Notes: a model not told the origin generated them from the letters alone. DNA of 59,049 bases, filler included, from 6 parts of 6 records of this genome joined end to end with filler, not necessarily neighbours in it; one strand, 5' to 3'; shown: positions 20,945 to 32,692, counted from the whole stretch's first letter. Numbers and translations: made by a program.

Positions 20945-23900
20945 TCACTCCGGCGCCTTGCCCCGTACACGGCGGGCAATATTGCGGGGTCCTGCAGGCT
21001 GCTCCACCTGTGCCTTCATCTGTGCAATCTTCTTGTCGTGCTCCTCGCGCATCTTGGCCATGTCGTTGAGGTGGAGCTTCGCCTTCACCTTTGCGTTGTG
21101 CATTAGCTGCTTGTAATCCGCTTCCAGCTCCTTGATGCGCTGCGAGCGAACTTGGAGCTTGTCGTTAGCATCGCAGAGCTCGTATTCCAAGGTTGCGTAG
21201 CGTCTCAGCAACGTGCGATGGAACCCAACTAATAGCTCCGTGTTCTTTTTGTTCTTTTCGTAAGACTCTTTCAAGGCCTTGTACTCGGCCGATGACGCGA
21301 CGGGAGCCTGCAGCTCATCGAGCTCCTTTTGTGACTTTTCCTTCATGGCCTCGAGATCTGCTGCCATCTGCGATCGCTTGGCAGATCCACCATCCCGCGA
21401 ACCGAGCTGAGCCTGTGGGTTGAAAGGCAAATGAATTGATGCTGGGGCTGCAAGTGCAAGACATGCATTTTGTCATGGGATGGAGAATGAGTGCGGGCAC
21501 ACACCTTGAGCTCGGCAACTTCGACCTCGAGCTGTTCGTTCTTCTCGACCAGTTCGGCCTACGCAAAGAGCAACACAGCGAAAGGCAGGACCTCAGGACA
21601 TCTGCGCTCGAGTAAGTCAATAGCACACCGCTGGCACACACACACAGTGCAGAGAGAAAGCACTCACGGATGTGGAAGTCAAGTCGCCCTGCTTTTCGCG
21701 CGTGGCGCTTGAAATGAGGCGCTCCTTCAGCTCCTGGGTCAGCTGATCGTGCACCATCTTCATGTCCAACTCATCCTCGGCCGCAAGCTCTTGCGTGACA
21801 GAGTCCAAGTGCAAGGATTCCGCAACTCGCGCAGCAAAATCTTTGGCCGCGCGGATTGCCTCGTCCAGCTGCTTTCCCTGTGCTGCGGCCGCGTGCTGCA
21901 AACGAGATTTGGCTTGCAAGGACGCTGAGATTTCCATGTCCTTCTCGTGAATGATTGCACTCAATGAGCCTGCGGACGGTAGACATGGACACAGCAGCAA
22001 TCCAATGCGACGGTGAGGGAATGAGCCACCCACCGTTGCCGAAAAAGTCCAACATTTCCTTATTTTCTAAGCAAGCGTAGCGACGCACCAATTTCGCCAG
22101 TCGCCTGCTCGAGCTCGGTTTCCAGATTTGAGATTTTGCGCTCGGCCTGCGTCACCTTGGCCTTCAGTTCTTCCGAGCTGACAAAGTCATCTTCTTCGTC
22201 TTCGAAGGCGTCCGGCAGACCGGCCTAGCACAAACGCCAGAGGAGAGACGACGCGCAGGTTAAAGCCTTTCTCACACACTGTTGCACGCGCCCATCCAAC
22301 TCGCAGGCTGCACGCCAACGAGAGTGTGTTCAATCACGCACCGCCTGGCGATACTTGGAAACCTTGGCCTTGAGCGAAGCGATCTGCTTCTTGTACAGCT
22401 CGTTCTGAGCCAGCGCTGCCTCGAGCAGTTTGGTCAGCTGCTCTACACTCCGCGTCTCGTTCACGCGAGCCTTGTTTTGGATGCTCTTGGCACGATTACC
22501 GAACTGAAATGCAGGTGTGAGGAAGCAAGCAAGTGTGGCAGAAGGATGGGGATTAGAAAAAGTATTCAACACCAAGCACGGACGAACAAAAAAGGAACGA
22601 CAGCAAAGCAAAAAATGTACCCGAAGGGTTGACAGGATTTCGGGTGCGTTGTAGCTACTCGGGGAGCAGCAAATGATCAGGGCAGTTCGGGCATTTCCTC
22701 CCAACGACTCTTGGAGCATACGTGTGAGTTTGGAGTTACGATACGGAACGTGTGTGGCTGTTGAGTCCGTGAGGGCGTTGATGACGTTACCTGCGGGGGA
22801 AAAAAATTAAAAAAAAACAAGAAGCTCGTTAAATGTCCACGATGCACACACTTTCACACGCGGACAGGTTCAGATTCGAAGATTCAAGCGTCACAATTTT
22901 GGCTGACGCACCAAGCGCCGAAAGGGACTTGTTGATCATTTTCGCTTCTTCCAGCTGCTGACCAGAAGCGCCTGTCTTGCGGACCATTTCCGATCCAGCA
23001 AGATCCACAAGGTAGAGGTTGCCGCGACGACTTGTGCCTGCGAGTGGAGGCAAAACGAGACACCGCAAATGACGCACGTAGTTGCGTGGTGCCTTGCACG
23101 GCATGCCTGGAGACGCTGCGAGCGGAAGACGCACCTTCTTGTGTGTCTTTTTGCGTAATGGCAACGACAAACACCGAGTGACTGCGGGAGCTGCCTTCGT
23201 TCATGCCGGTTGCAGATGTTGCCTGTACAGACGAGGGTCGGAGAAAAACACGTGAACAGCAGCGGAGTGGATTGTATTCTGCGAAGACAGGGCAGTGCGA
23301 GCGCATCGCACAATTCTGAGGAGGAGGGGGATGGACGCACTCGGTTTTGGGCACCCAAATCCAGGAAATAAAACATCTCTGCTGGGGATGTGACATACTC
23401 CTCACTCATACCCTCCACGTAGACACCACGAGTTGGGTGTTCGCGGATGGTCAGGTTGTGCCTGCGGACGCAGCGAAATACACACGGGGTGAGACAGCAC
23501 GACGTGAAACAGTGCGCACACGTGGCGCAGTGCCGCTGCCACAGAAACAACAGGGGGAGCTGTGAGCGGGAATAGCAGCGACAATGAGGCTCCACTCACT
23601 TTTTTGGGTCCAACAGATCGCGCACACGTTCGAGGTAGATCTCGACGTAGGAAACCTGGACAGTAAACTCGATGTGCTCGTCCGTCTTGTAGATGCGCTC
23701 GAAAATGCCATGGATAGAGCGCGGGATAATACCTTGCTCAACAGGGTCCTGCATTGAGGGACCTTGCATGGTGTGCGTCTTACCGGATCCTGTCTGTCCG
23801 TACGCAAAAATGGTTCCGTTGTATCTGTCGGTCGCCAAGTGGGCGCACAAGGGTGGCATAGTCAGCAAAGGCAGCAGCAGCAGCAGCAGCAGCAACGGGA

Positions 23901-24431
23901 TGAGACAAACAAATCCAAAACCAAAGTCAAGGTGGATGATTGATCCACAGATCGATGGGCAGCCAGCCAGCCAGGCGAAGGGATGGAGCAACGAATGAAT
24001 GGATGAACGAATGCATGCACGCACGGACGGACGGACAGACGGGCAAGCAGACCGCCGAATGAATGACCAGACAAGTGACGAGGACTGCTCGGCTGCCAAG
24101 TTGGCTGGCTGGCTGTCTGCCTGAGCCTGCCCGAAAAACGAACGAACGAACGAATGAAAGAACGAACGAACGCGCCCACTTACCCTGTGAAGATGTCTTC
24201 GATGATGGGCTTGCCGGCATACTCGAAGACGGACTTCTGGTGCCAGTCGTTGCCGCCGATCTCGGAGGGCGCGAACACGCGGTCGAACGTGAACTTCATC
24301 GGGCCCTTGTCCGTCTGCAGCAGGATCTCCGAGTCATGCTTCACCTTCACCGCCAGGTGCCCGCCTCGGTTGTTCTCGATCTTGTTCTGGGGCCGGAAGC
24401 GGCACACCACGCGGACTTTGGATCCCGACAT
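20945..24431 (-). CDS. Kinesin heavy chain (kinesin-1-like), 11 exons, about 699 aa
   Basis: Exons 24431-24184, 23824-23600, 23461-23341, 23222-23135, 23037-22912, 22790-22621, 22503-22342, 22224-22089, 21969-21668, 21558-21505, 21412-20945 (2100 nt). Motifs [39 protein letters not shown]. Confidence 0.92.
23870..24172. repeat. Simple repeats (CAG, GGAC, GAAC, GCCA) inside kinesin intron 1
   Basis: cagcagcagc, ggacggacggac, gaacgaacgaac and ccagccagcc runs. Confidence 0.75.
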
Positions 24432-24669
24432 GATGGTCGCGTGTTAGGGAGGACGAGCGACAAGGGAGCAAGCAGCAAGGTGGAGGTGGTGGAGGAGGAG
24501 GAGGGGAGGGCTGCGTTTATGTATGAACGAGCTGTAAGGCAACAACAACAACAAAAACAACAAGGAGAACGTTCTTCCGTGTAACGGAAATAGTCAATAA
24601 GAGGGAGGGACAGGCGTTGTGCCAGCCAGCCAGAGAGAGGGAAGCCGCAGCCTCAAGTCTCGCATGAGT

Positions 24670-24738
24670 TGAGAGCGAGAGAGCGAGCGAGCGAGACAGA
24701 GAGCGAAAGAAAAAGGAAACAACAACAACAACAACAAC
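24670..24738. repeat. GA-rich and (AAC)n microsatellites at contig end
   Basis: gagagcgagagagcgagc..., aacaacaac... into the spacer. Confidence 0.85.
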
Positions 24739-24838
24739 NNNNNNNNNNNNNNNNNNNNNNNNNNNNNNNNNNNNNNNNNNNNTTAATTAATTAANNNNNN
24801 NNNNNNNNNNNNNNNNNNNNNNNNNNNNNNNNNNNNNN
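24739..24838. other. Artificial contig-joining spacer
   Basis: N-run + TTAATTAATTAA + N-run. Confidence 0.97.
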
Positions 24839-25084
24839 GCCCGAGCTTTCCGGCCCGAAAATCTCGATCACCCGGCCGCGCGGCAATCCGCCGATGCCCA
24901 ATGCGATATCGAGGCCCAGAGAACCGGTCGGAACCGTTTCGATCTCGACCACCTTGTCATTGGCCCCGAGCTTCATGATGGAACCCTTGCCGAACGAACG
25001 TTCGATCTGGGCAAGTGCGGCGTCCAGCGCCTTGGTTTTGTCCACGGATTTTTCCTCTACCAGCCGCAAAGAGTTCTGTGCCAT
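24839..25084 (-). CDS. recA: Recombinase RecA, 5' part only
   Basis: [37 protein letters not shown]...[18 protein letters not shown]. Confidence 0.97.
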
Positions 25085-25143
25085 TTGGTCCACCTTTAGG
25101 TTATCATGCCACTGCAAGCAATGTGTGCCCGTTTGCATAGTTT

Positions 25144-25158
25144 GTACTCTTTTTGTTC
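25144..25158 (-). promoter_or_regulatory. Alphaproteobacterial LexA (SOS) box upstream of recA
   Basis: GTAC-N7-GTTC (GAAC-N7-GTAC on the recA strand) 60 nt upstream of the ATG; second degenerate site GTTC-N7-GTTT at 25212-25226. Confidence 0.85.
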
Positions 25159-25329
25159 CATCTTTGCAAGCCCCATCCAAGCCACTGATTAGAAACGATA
25201 TAAAACTGCATGTTCTATTTTTGTTTTCACCTGACGGACAAATCGGCCGACAGACTGGCCACTGTGATTTCGCCTGGCTCCACCGCTCCGGCGATTCGCC
25301 AGCGCTGCGAAATTGCGGGGGCATAGGGC

Positions 25330-26307
25330 ATGGCGAATATTCTGGTCATTGGTGGCGCCCACATCGATCGCAAGGGCTGGCTGTCCGCCCCGCATCAGGC
25401 CGGCGCATCCAATCCCGGCCAATGGCAAACCGAGGCAGGCGGCGGCGCTTTCAACGCGGCACGCAATCTCGCACGTCTCGGCCACAAGGTGACGCTGGTC
25501 GCGCCCCGCGGCGGCGATGCGGCGGCTGATCTGGTTGCACGGGCGGCCGATGAGGCCGGCATCGAGGATTGCCCGCTGACCTTTCTTGACCGCGCCACCC
25601 CGAGCTATGCGGCAATTCTGGAACCCAACGGCAATCTGGTCACGGCGCTCGCCGACATGGCGCTTTATGATCTGGTCCCTGCCCGGCGGCTGCTGACCTC
25701 GAGACTGCGCAAGCGGCTTGCGACAGCCGATCTGCTGCTGGTTGATTCGAACCTGCCCGAAAGCGCGCTTTCGGCTCTGGCCGACGCTGCCGCAGCCCAT
25801 GCTCTGCCGCTGGCGGTTATCGCCGTGTCGCCAGCCAAGGTGGTGCGCTGGAAACCAAGCCTTGCCAGGATCACCTGCCTTGCCATGAACTCCGCCGAAG
25901 CCGCCGCCCTCACCGGTAAACAGGCGCACGCACCGGACGAATGGGTAAAGCACCTTATGGATTGCGGATTGAGCGGAGGCCTCGTCAGCACCGGCGCCGG
26001 CCCAGTCACGGCATTTGGCGCGTCCGCTTCGGCTCCCAGCACCATCGCACTCCAGCCTCCGCAGCTTGATCGGCTCCTTGATGTGACCGGTGCCGGCGAT
26101 GCACTGGCCTCAGGCTATCTCGATGGCCTGCTCTCGGGCGGTTCGATCGAGGCCAATCTGACCCGCGGCATTGCATTGGCGCGGTTGACCACCGGGGTGA
26201 GCGGCCCGGTAAGGCCGGATTTATCCCGGGCTCTGCTTGCACAGGCGCTTGCAGCCATGCCAAAGCCTGCGCAAATCCAAACACACATTCAGGAATCCCA
26301 TCCATGA
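25330..26307 (+). CDS. PfkB-family kinase, probably pseudouridine kinase
   Basis: [15 protein letters not shown] and DVTGAGDA motifs; overlaps psuG by 4 nt. Confidence 0.88.
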   Translation: MANILVIGGAHIDRKGWLSAPHQAGASNPGQWQTEAGGGAFNAARNLARLGHKVTLVAPRGGDAAADLVARAADEAGIEDCPLTFLDRATPSYAAILEPNGNLVTALADMALYDLVPARRLLTSRLRKRLATADLLLVDSNLPESALSALADAAAAHALPLAVIAVSPAKVVRWKPSLARITCLAMNSAEAAALTGKQAHAPDEWVKHLMDCGLSGGLVSTGAGPVTAFGASASAPSTIALQPPQLDRLLDVTGAGDALASGYLDGLLSGGSIEANLTRGIALARLTTGVSGPVRPDLSRALLAQALAAMPKPAQIQTHIQESHP

Positions 26308-27227
26308 CCGGATCCATCAAGATCGAAATGACGAGCGAAGTGGCTGATGCCCTGGCCGCCGGACGTCCCGTTGTGGCGCTCGAATCCACCATCATCACCC
26401 ACGGCATGCCCTGGCCGGGCAATCGCGACATGGCACTCGAGGTCGAGGCGGTCATCCGTTCGGAAGGCGCTGTCCCCGCCACCATCGCCGTCATCGATGG
26501 CCGCCTGCATGCGGGCCTCGATGAGGCCACGATCACCAAGCTGGCCCAGGCCACCGACGTGATGAAACTCTCGCGTGCCGATTTCGCCTTTGCCCTGGCT
26601 GAAGGCCGCACAGGAGCGACCACGGTGGCCGCCACCATGATGGCGGCCGAGCTTGCCGGCATCAGCGTCTTTGCCACCGGCGGCATCGGCGGCGTGCATC
26701 AGGGGGCGTCAGAAAGCTTCGATATTTCCGCCGATCTGGAGGAGCTGTGCCGCACCCCGGTCATCGTGGTCTCCGCCGGCGCCAAGGCCATTCTCGACAT
26801 CCCCAAGACGCTGGAAGCGCTGGAGACCCGCGGCGTGCCTGTGGTGGCCTTTAGGCAGGATGCGATGCCTGCCTTCTGGTCACGCGACTCAGGCCTCGCC
26901 GCCCCCTTGCGGCTTGATGATGCGGCTGCCATCGCCCGCTTCGAAGTTACCCGCCGGGCTCTGGGCGGCCATGGCGGCATGCTGATCGCCAATCCGGTGC
27001 CGGTGGAAGATGAAATTGCTGCAAGCGAAATGAAGCGTCACATCGCATCAGCCTTGGAAACAGCCAAAGCCAGAGGCATCGAAGGCAAGGCGGTCACCCC
27101 CTTCCTGCTCGGCGAAATCCTCACGCTGACCGGCGGCGCCAGCCTGAAAACCAACATCGCGCTGGTGCTCAACAACGCCCGGCTGGCGGCAAAGATCGCC
27201 ACCGAACTGGCCTCGGCGACCAGCTGA
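26304..27227 (+). CDS. psuG: Pseudouridine-5'-phosphate glycosidase
   Basis: VVALESTIITHGMP, GATTVAAT, FATGGIGGVH, DISADL, GKAVTPFLL. Confidence 0.96.
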   Translation: MTGSIKIEMTSEVADALAAGRPVVALESTIITHGMPWPGNRDMALEVEAVIRSEGAVPATIAVIDGRLHAGLDEATITKLAQATDVMKLSRADFAFALAEGRTGATTVAATMMAAELAGISVFATGGIGGVHQGASESFDISADLEELCRTPVIVVSAGAKAILDIPKTLEALETRGVPVVAFRQDAMPAFWSRDSGLAAPLRLDDAAAIARFEVTRRALGGHGGMLIANPVPVEDEIAASEMKRHIASALETAKARGIEGKAVTPFLLGEILTLTGGASLKTNIALVLNNARLAAKIATELASATS

Positions 27228-27268
27228 TCGCCAGCCCCTGCCTGCCATCACAACGAAAGGATCGCCAG

Positions 27269-27505
27269 ATGAAGCCCACCCGACGCACCGGCAGCGCCTT
27301 CGACCGCGCCGAAGCCGCCTTCAAATCCGCCACCACCAAACCGGTGGAAGCGGCACCCAAGACCAACAGCGTGCCCGAAGGCAAGGAAATGGTGTCGATC
27401 AGGCTCGATCGCGCGGTGCTTGAGCATTTCCAGGAAGACGGCCCCGGCTGGCAGGACCGCGTCAACGCCGCGCTGCGCCAGGCTGCGGGGCTGGATGGCG
27501 CGTAG
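27269..27505 (+). CDS. BrnA antitoxin-family (ribbon-helix-helix) protein
   Basis: KEMVSIRLDRAVLEHFQEDGPGWQDRVNAALR signature. Confidence 0.88.
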   Translation: MKPTRRTGSAFDRAEAAFKSATTKPVEAAPKTNSVPEGKEMVSIRLDRAVLEHFQEDGPGWQDRVNAALRQAAGLDGA

Positions 27506-27555
27506 AGACCTTGTCCGGCTGAAAGGCAGCGTTTTCAAGCGGGTTCCCATGCTTT

Positions 27556-27669
27556 CGTTATCCCGGCCTTGAGCCGGGATCCAGCGGACCCGGCGTCTGC
27601 CGGGTCGAACGACTCTCTTCAACCCAGAGACCTGGGCTGGCTGGATTCCGGATCGAGTCCGGAATGACG
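27556..27669. repeat. CGTC-type REP/palindromic element (inverted dimer)
   Basis: CGTTATCCCGGCCTTGAGCCGGGATCCAG ... CTGGATTCCGGATCGAGTCCGGAATGACG with internal hairpins. Confidence 0.8.
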
Positions 27670-27793
27670 GTGTGAAAACCTTGCGCGCCGTGCCCCCCCC
27701 AAAGATGTATACCGCAAAGCCTGCCCCGACAAAAAGACCCGGCAGCTTGCGCCACCGGGTCTGAATTCGCTTCACACGATTGGTCGCAGCCGA

Positions 27794-28459
27794 TCAGCTC
27801 AGCGGCGAAATCTGGATTTCCACGCGGCGGTTGGCAGCGCGTCCGGCGTCCGAGCCATTGTCGGCAATCGGCTGACTTTCGCCAAAGCCCTGGGTATAGA
27901 ACCGGCGCGGATCGTTGCCCTGCGAGATCAGGTAACTCGACACCGACTGCGCCCGCTGCTGCGAGAGCGTCAGATTGTGGCTGTCAGACCCGATCGAATC
28001 GGTGTGACCTGCCACATCGACCAGCGAACGGTTGAATTTCTGCAAGACCAGCGCCACCGAGTTCAGCGTCGGATAGAACTGCGGCTTGACCGCCGACTGG
28101 TCGCTGTCAAAGGTGATGTTGGAGGGCATGTTGAGCACGATCTTGTCGCCCATGCGGGTCACCGAGACGCCGGTGCCCTGCAGCTGCGCCCGCAGCTGGT
28201 TTTCCTGCTGGTCCATGTAACCGCCGATGGCGCCACCGGCGAGCGCGCCGACACCCGCGCCGATCAGCGCGTTCTTGCGGTCATCGCCGCCTGCCAACGT
28301 GCCGAGCGCGGCACCGCCGAGAGCGCCAAGTGCTGCGCCACCGGCCAGATTGGACACCTTGGACTGGCCGGTGTACGGATCGGTCGTGCAGCCGGATACG
28401 AAGACTGCGGCCAACGCCGCGATCAGAAGTTTGGATTTCATGATGGCCCCTCTTGGCAA
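27794..28459 (-). CDS. OmpA-family lipoprotein (YiaD-like, glycine zipper)
   Basis: Lipobox VSGC, glycine zipper, GHTDS, LSQQRA, NRRVEI. Confidence 0.93.
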   Translation of the reverse strand: MPRGAIMKSKLLIAALAAVFVSGCTTDPYTGQSKVSNLAGGAALGALGGAALGTLAGGDDRKNALIGAGVGALAGGAIGGYMDQQENQLRAQLQGTGVSVTRMGDKIVLNMPSNITFDSDQSAVKPQFYPTLNSVALVLQKFNRSLVDVAGHTDSIGSDSHNLTLSQQRAQSVSSYLISQGNDPRRFYTQGFGESQPIADNGSDAGRAANRRVEIQISPLS

Positions 28460-28554
28460 AACTGGAAGTGCGAACTTTAGCGGAAAATGCGGCAGGATGA
28501 TGAATTTTTCGTCACTGCAAAATTAACACTGCCTGCCCGATTGTTGTTCAGATT

Positions 28555-31176
28555 TCAGGCGTCCAGCATTTCCCGCACCGAGGTCGCCAGTTGCTTGAGC
28601 GAGAACGGCTTGGCCAGGAAGCCGAACTTGGCGTCGGCAGGCAGATTGCGGGCAAAAGCGTCCTCGGCATAACCGGACACAAAAATGAACTTCATGTCGG
28701 GATAGTCCTTGCGCAGCTCGACGAGCAGCGTCGGCCCGTCCATTTCGGGCATCACAACGTCGGAGACAACGATGTCGACCTTGCCTTCGAGCTCGGCCAG
28801 CACTTCGAGCGCTTCCACGCCGGTGCCTGCCTCGTGCACCTCGTAGCCGCGCGCCTCGAGCATGCGCTTGCCGCCGCGCCGCACCGCTTCCTCGTCTTCC
28901 ACCAGCAGCACCACCGCCGAGCCGCCGGTCAGATCCTCAGGACCGTCTGATGCTGGCTTGGCAGGCGCGCCCTCGGCAGCCGCGCGGCCGGCAGCAGCCT
29001 CCGCTTCGGCCACAGCCGCGGCCTTCTCGGCCTCGTCTTCGACATGGCGCGGCAGATAGATGCGGAATGTCGTGCCCTTACCGACTTCCGATTCGGGATA
29101 GATATAGCCGCCCGACTGCTTGACGATGCCGTAAACCATCGACAGTCCCAGCCCGGTGCCCTTGCCGACATCCTTGGTGGTGAAGAACGGCTCGAAGATC
29201 TTCTCCATTACGTCCTGTGCGATGCCTGTGCCGGCGTCAGCCAGCTCAACGAGCACATAATCGGCCACTTCCATGCCGCGATGATTGAGCCGTGCAACTT
29301 CCTCGGCCTCGACATTGCGGGTCCGCACAGTGATCGTGCCACCTTCCGGCATGGCATCCCGGGCATTGACCGCCAGATTGATCAGCACTTGCTCGAACTG
29401 GCCAAGATCGGTCTTCACCGGCCACAGGTCGCGGCCGAATTCGAGCTCCAGCTTGACATTGGTGCCGATCAGACGGTCGACCAGCATCCGAAGATCGCCG
29501 ATCACATCTGTCATCGACAGCACTGTTGGCCGCATTGTCTGCTTGCGTGAGAACGCCAGCAACTGGCGCACCAGCACCGCAGCGCGGTTGGCATTGCGCT
29601 TGATCTCGATGAGATCGGCAAAGCTCGAATCGGCGGGCCTGAGCGACATCAGCAGGTGATCGGCCGACAACAGGATGGCTGTGAGTACATTGTTGAAATC
29701 ATGCGCGATGCCGCCGGCCAGCGTGCCAACGGCATTCATTTTCTGGGTCTGCGCCATCTGCGCTTCCAGCGCCTTCTGCTCGGTGGTCTCCACCGCATAG
29801 ATGATGGCGGTTTCCTCGGGCGCCTCTTCCGAGTGCTCGATCACCGCATTGACGTAGAAGCGGAAATGCCGCTCTTCATCGTCGGCGCGGCGGCTGTCGA
29901 TCGGCGAAATATCGCCCTGCTTGTCTGCCGCCTGACGCAACGCTGCCTGAAATCCCTTGCGGTCATCTTCGCGCAGCACCGTCTCGAACAGCGATCCGCG
30001 TTCCATGTCGTCACGCGTCACAAGACCGCTGAACATCTGCAGGAACGGCCCGTTGGTGCGCAGAATCTTGCCTTCGCCATCCACCGAGGCAATCGCCATC
30101 GGCGTGTTGTTGAAGAACCGGGTAAAGCGCATTTCGGCACTTGCCGCATCGTGCACGCCCGAGCTGCCCTCTTCCCGGCTGATGACGATCGTGCGGCTTT
30201 CGCCCGGTGAACCGTCGCGGGTGGCGCTGACCCGGTGCACAAGCCGCACCGGCAGGCTCTGGCCGTTGGACTTGAGCAGATCCAGATCAAGTTGCGCCGT
30301 GCGGTTGAGACCCGGCTCGGCCTGCACCGATTCCACCAGCGCCATGCCCGCACCCGCCACCAGATCGCGCAGCATCACCTTGCCCGGCAGGAACGAGGTC
30401 AGATCGATGCCCAGCCAGTCGGCCAGCGTGGCGTTGAGATAGACGATTTCGCCATCCCGTCCCGCCGAGAAAAACCCGACCGGCGCATGGTCAAGATAGT
30501 TGATGGCGTTCTGCAGCTCCTTGAACACCATCTCCTGTTCGGTGCGTTCGTGGCTGATGTCGGAGAGTTGCCACGCCATCAGCGCGGTGCCCTTGTTGCC
30601 CTTGTCGCCAGAGGCAACAGGACGGCCACGCAGCCGGTACCAGTGTCCGGTTTCGGTGCTGTCCTGCGCCGCGCTCAGAGGCTGCGACATGCGAAACTCT
30701 TCCTGACCGTCCTTCCCGTCGCGCATCGCATTGGTCAGCCGGTAGACAGCTTCCGCGGATTCACGATGGCGCGACAGGATGGCTTCGATGGATTGCACAT
30801 CGGCCGCATTGGTTGAACCGGTCAGGCGCCCATAGGCATGATTGGCGTAGACCACCCGCCCCTTGTCGTCGGTGACAAGCGTGCCTTCGGGGTGGGTGTC
30901 GATAAAGGCGCGGGCAAGCGGATCAGCCGTGGTCTTCGGCATGATGTCGACAAAGCCGATGACGGTGGAAACCAGGAAGAAGATCCCGACCACCGCAAGC
31001 ACGCCCAGAATACCGAGCATCAATTCATTGTTGAGCCGGTCCCTGAACAGGAAGAAGACGATGGACGCGCCAATCATCACCAGCGCGAGGAAAACCAGCC
31101 TCGACACGGAGCGTGGCTTTGCGCTGCGGTCTACAAGTGCTGCCGGGTTTGTCGCCGCTGGTGTCGTCTCGGTCAT
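28555..31176 (-). CDS. cckA: Cell-cycle hybrid histidine kinase CckA
   Basis: Two TM helices, PAS domains, [10 protein letters not shown]-box, [17 protein letters not shown]-terminal receiver; start taken at MTETT. Confidence 0.93.
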   Translation of the reverse strand: MTETTPAATNPAALVDRSAKPRSVSRLVFLALVMIGASIVFFLFRDRLNNELMLGILGVLAVVGIFFLVSTVIGFVDIMPKTTADPLARAFIDTHPEGTLVTDDKGRVVYANHAYGRLTGSTNAADVQSIEAILSRHRESAEAVYRLTNAMRDGKDGQEEFRMSQPLSAAQDSTETGHWYRLRGRPVASGDKGNKGTALMAWQLSDISHERTEQEMVFKELQNAINYLDHAPVGFFSAGRDGEIVYLNATLADWLGIDLTSFLPGKVMLRDLVAGAGMALVESVQAEPGLNRTAQLDLDLLKSNGQSLPVRLVHRVSATRDGSPGESRTIVISREEGSSGVHDAASAEMRFTRFFNNTPMAIASVDGEGKILRTNGPFLQMFSGLVTRDDMERGSLFETVLREDDRKGFQAALRQAADKQGDISPIDSRRADDEERHFRFYVNAVIEHSEEAPEETAIIYAVETTEQKALEAQMAQTQKMNAVGTLAGGIAHDFNNVLTAILLSADHLLMSLRPADSSFADLIEIKRNANRAAVLVRQLLAFSRKQTMRPTVLSMTDVIGDLRMLVDRLIGTNVKLELEFGRDLWPVKTDLGQFEQVLINLAVNARDAMPEGGTITVRTRNVEAEEVARLNHRGMEVADYVLVELADAGTGIAQDVMEKIFEPFFTTKDVGKGTGLGLSMVYGIVKQSGGYIYPESEVGKGTTFRIYLPRHVEDEAEKAAAVAEAEAAAGRAAAEGAPAKPASDGPEDLTGGSAVVLLVEDEEAVRRGGKRMLEARGYEVHEAGTGVEALEVLAELEGKVDIVVSDVVMPEMDGPTLLVELRKDYPDMKFIFVSGYAEDAFARNLPADAKFGFLAKPFSLKQLATSVREMLDA

Positions 31177-31471
31177 GAATCGTTCTTTCGCCCCGCCGCG
31201 GATCCGTCCGGTTTGAATCACATTCCGCCGGTGATGGAAAGCCCAAACACCGCTTCAACCGGTTTGCAGACCCGCTTTCCGGGGAAAACTGCCCTTGTCG
31301 CGGTTCCCGTGACATATCCTCGCCACAGATTTCAGCTCTCACGGGATAACCGCCCTACATGGCTTGTGAACGCGGCGGAAAATAAGTCAAATGCGGCTTG
31401 GTCACCATCAGACCCAGTGATACGCCGCTGTTTTTTGTTGGCAAATCGCGATTGGAACGGGAGAGCACCGG

Positions 31472-32650
31472 ATGCCGGAAAATCTATTGAGTGGCCAGGC
31501 TGCAACATTGCTGACCGCCATCATCATCGTCGCCATTGCGCTGCTGGCGCTTGTCGGGGTGTTCTGGATGATCCGGAACCGCGCCGCCTCCACCTTTATC
31601 CGCGGCGGCAAGAACCGCCAGCCGCGGCTTGCTGTGCTCGACGCAACTGCCGTCGACACCCGTCGCCGGCTGGTGCTGATCCGCCGTGATGATGTCGAGC
31701 ATCTGGTCATGATCGGCGGACCCACCGATATCGTCATCGAAAGCGGCATCCCCCAGGCGCACCAGCCCCACAGCTTCCAGCAAGCCAATCAGGCAATGCA
31801 ACAGCAACGGGCCGCACAACCAGCACCCGCATCGCGACCTGCCGTTCCCCAGAGCCAGCGCCCGCCCGCGCCTGAACCGGCTCCATCAACGGCCATGGCA
31901 ACCGAGCGCGGCACTAACCAGCCCGATGCCGGAACACGGCCATCCCGCCGGCCTCAGCAGCCGCCACAGCCCCCTGCAATTGCTGCCACGGCTGCGACCG
32001 TCGGAGCCGCCGCCACGATCCGCACCGAAGCTGCCGATCTGCTTGAGACTGCCAGAAACAGGGTTTTCGAAGAACCGGAGTTCAACGCAAGCGACCTTGA
32101 AGATCTGATTGCCGCTCCGCAGCCTGCCACTCAACCGGCACCACCAAGGCCTGCGCCACCCGAACCAGCGGCTTCGACCTCGTCGAGCCAGGCTGAGCCA
32201 ACTGCGGACCCCATCCAGACACAAGCCGCCGATGTGCTGGAAACTGTCAGGACGCGGATTTTTGAAGAACCGACATTTGACGGCAACGCCTTTGACGAAC
32301 TCACGGCAGATGCCCCGTCCACTGAGCAGCGGACACCTGAAGCAGCGCGCGCAACCATGTTGCCCGCAGCAGCAACAGCTCCCACACCATCGCCCTCACA
32401 CTCCCCGGCACCGGCTGATGCCCGGGGATCGGGTGATTTCGAAGCGGTGCTGGCAGCCGAACTCTCCGAGGACCCGACGCTGGGCTCCCCACGCGACAAT
32501 TTCCTTGCCGCGCACTACAACGAGCACCAGCTTGCTCCCGACGAAGACGACCGGGTGGAAGCACCCGACGTCAAGCCCGAACAGCAGTCGTCACGGGATT
32601 CGCTTGAAGCCGAGATGGAAAAACTGCTCGGGGATCTCTCACGCAAGTGA
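31472..32650 (+). CDS. FliO-like N-terminal domain protein with a long Pro/Ala-rich tail
   Basis: TM helix + PRLAVLDATAVDTRRRLVLIRRDDVEHLVMIGGPTDIVIE; C-terminal SLEAEMEKLLGDL. Confidence 0.8.
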   Translation: MPENLLSGQAATLLTAIIIVAIALLALVGVFWMIRNRAASTFIRGGKNRQPRLAVLDATAVDTRRRLVLIRRDDVEHLVMIGGPTDIVIESGIPQAHQPHSFQQANQAMQQQRAAQPAPASRPAVPQSQRPPAPEPAPSTAMATERGTNQPDAGTRPSRRPQQPPQPPAIAATAATVGAAATIRTEAADLLETARNRVFEEPEFNASDLEDLIAAPQPATQPAPPRPAPPEPAASTSSSQAEPTADPIQTQAADVLETVRTRIFEEPTFDGNAFDELTADAPSTEQRTPEAARATMLPAAATAPTPSPSHSPAPADARGSGDFEAVLAAELSEDPTLGSPRDNFLAAHYNEHQLAPDEDDRVEAPDVKPEQQSSRDSLEAEMEKLLGDLSRK

Positions 32651-32692
32651 TGAGGGCCTGACGCGAGTGCCGCACATTGTTGCAGCAATCAT

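Noticed and set aside
23870-24172. Repetitive stretch as a possible CRISPR or coding repeat
   Set aside because: Short simple-sequence repeats inside a kinesin intron; no repeat-spacer pattern seen anywhere in the window
1-24738. Apparent bacterium-eukaryote horizontal transfer from juxtaposed intron-rich and bacterial genes
   Set aside because: All switches occur exactly at the artificial spacers
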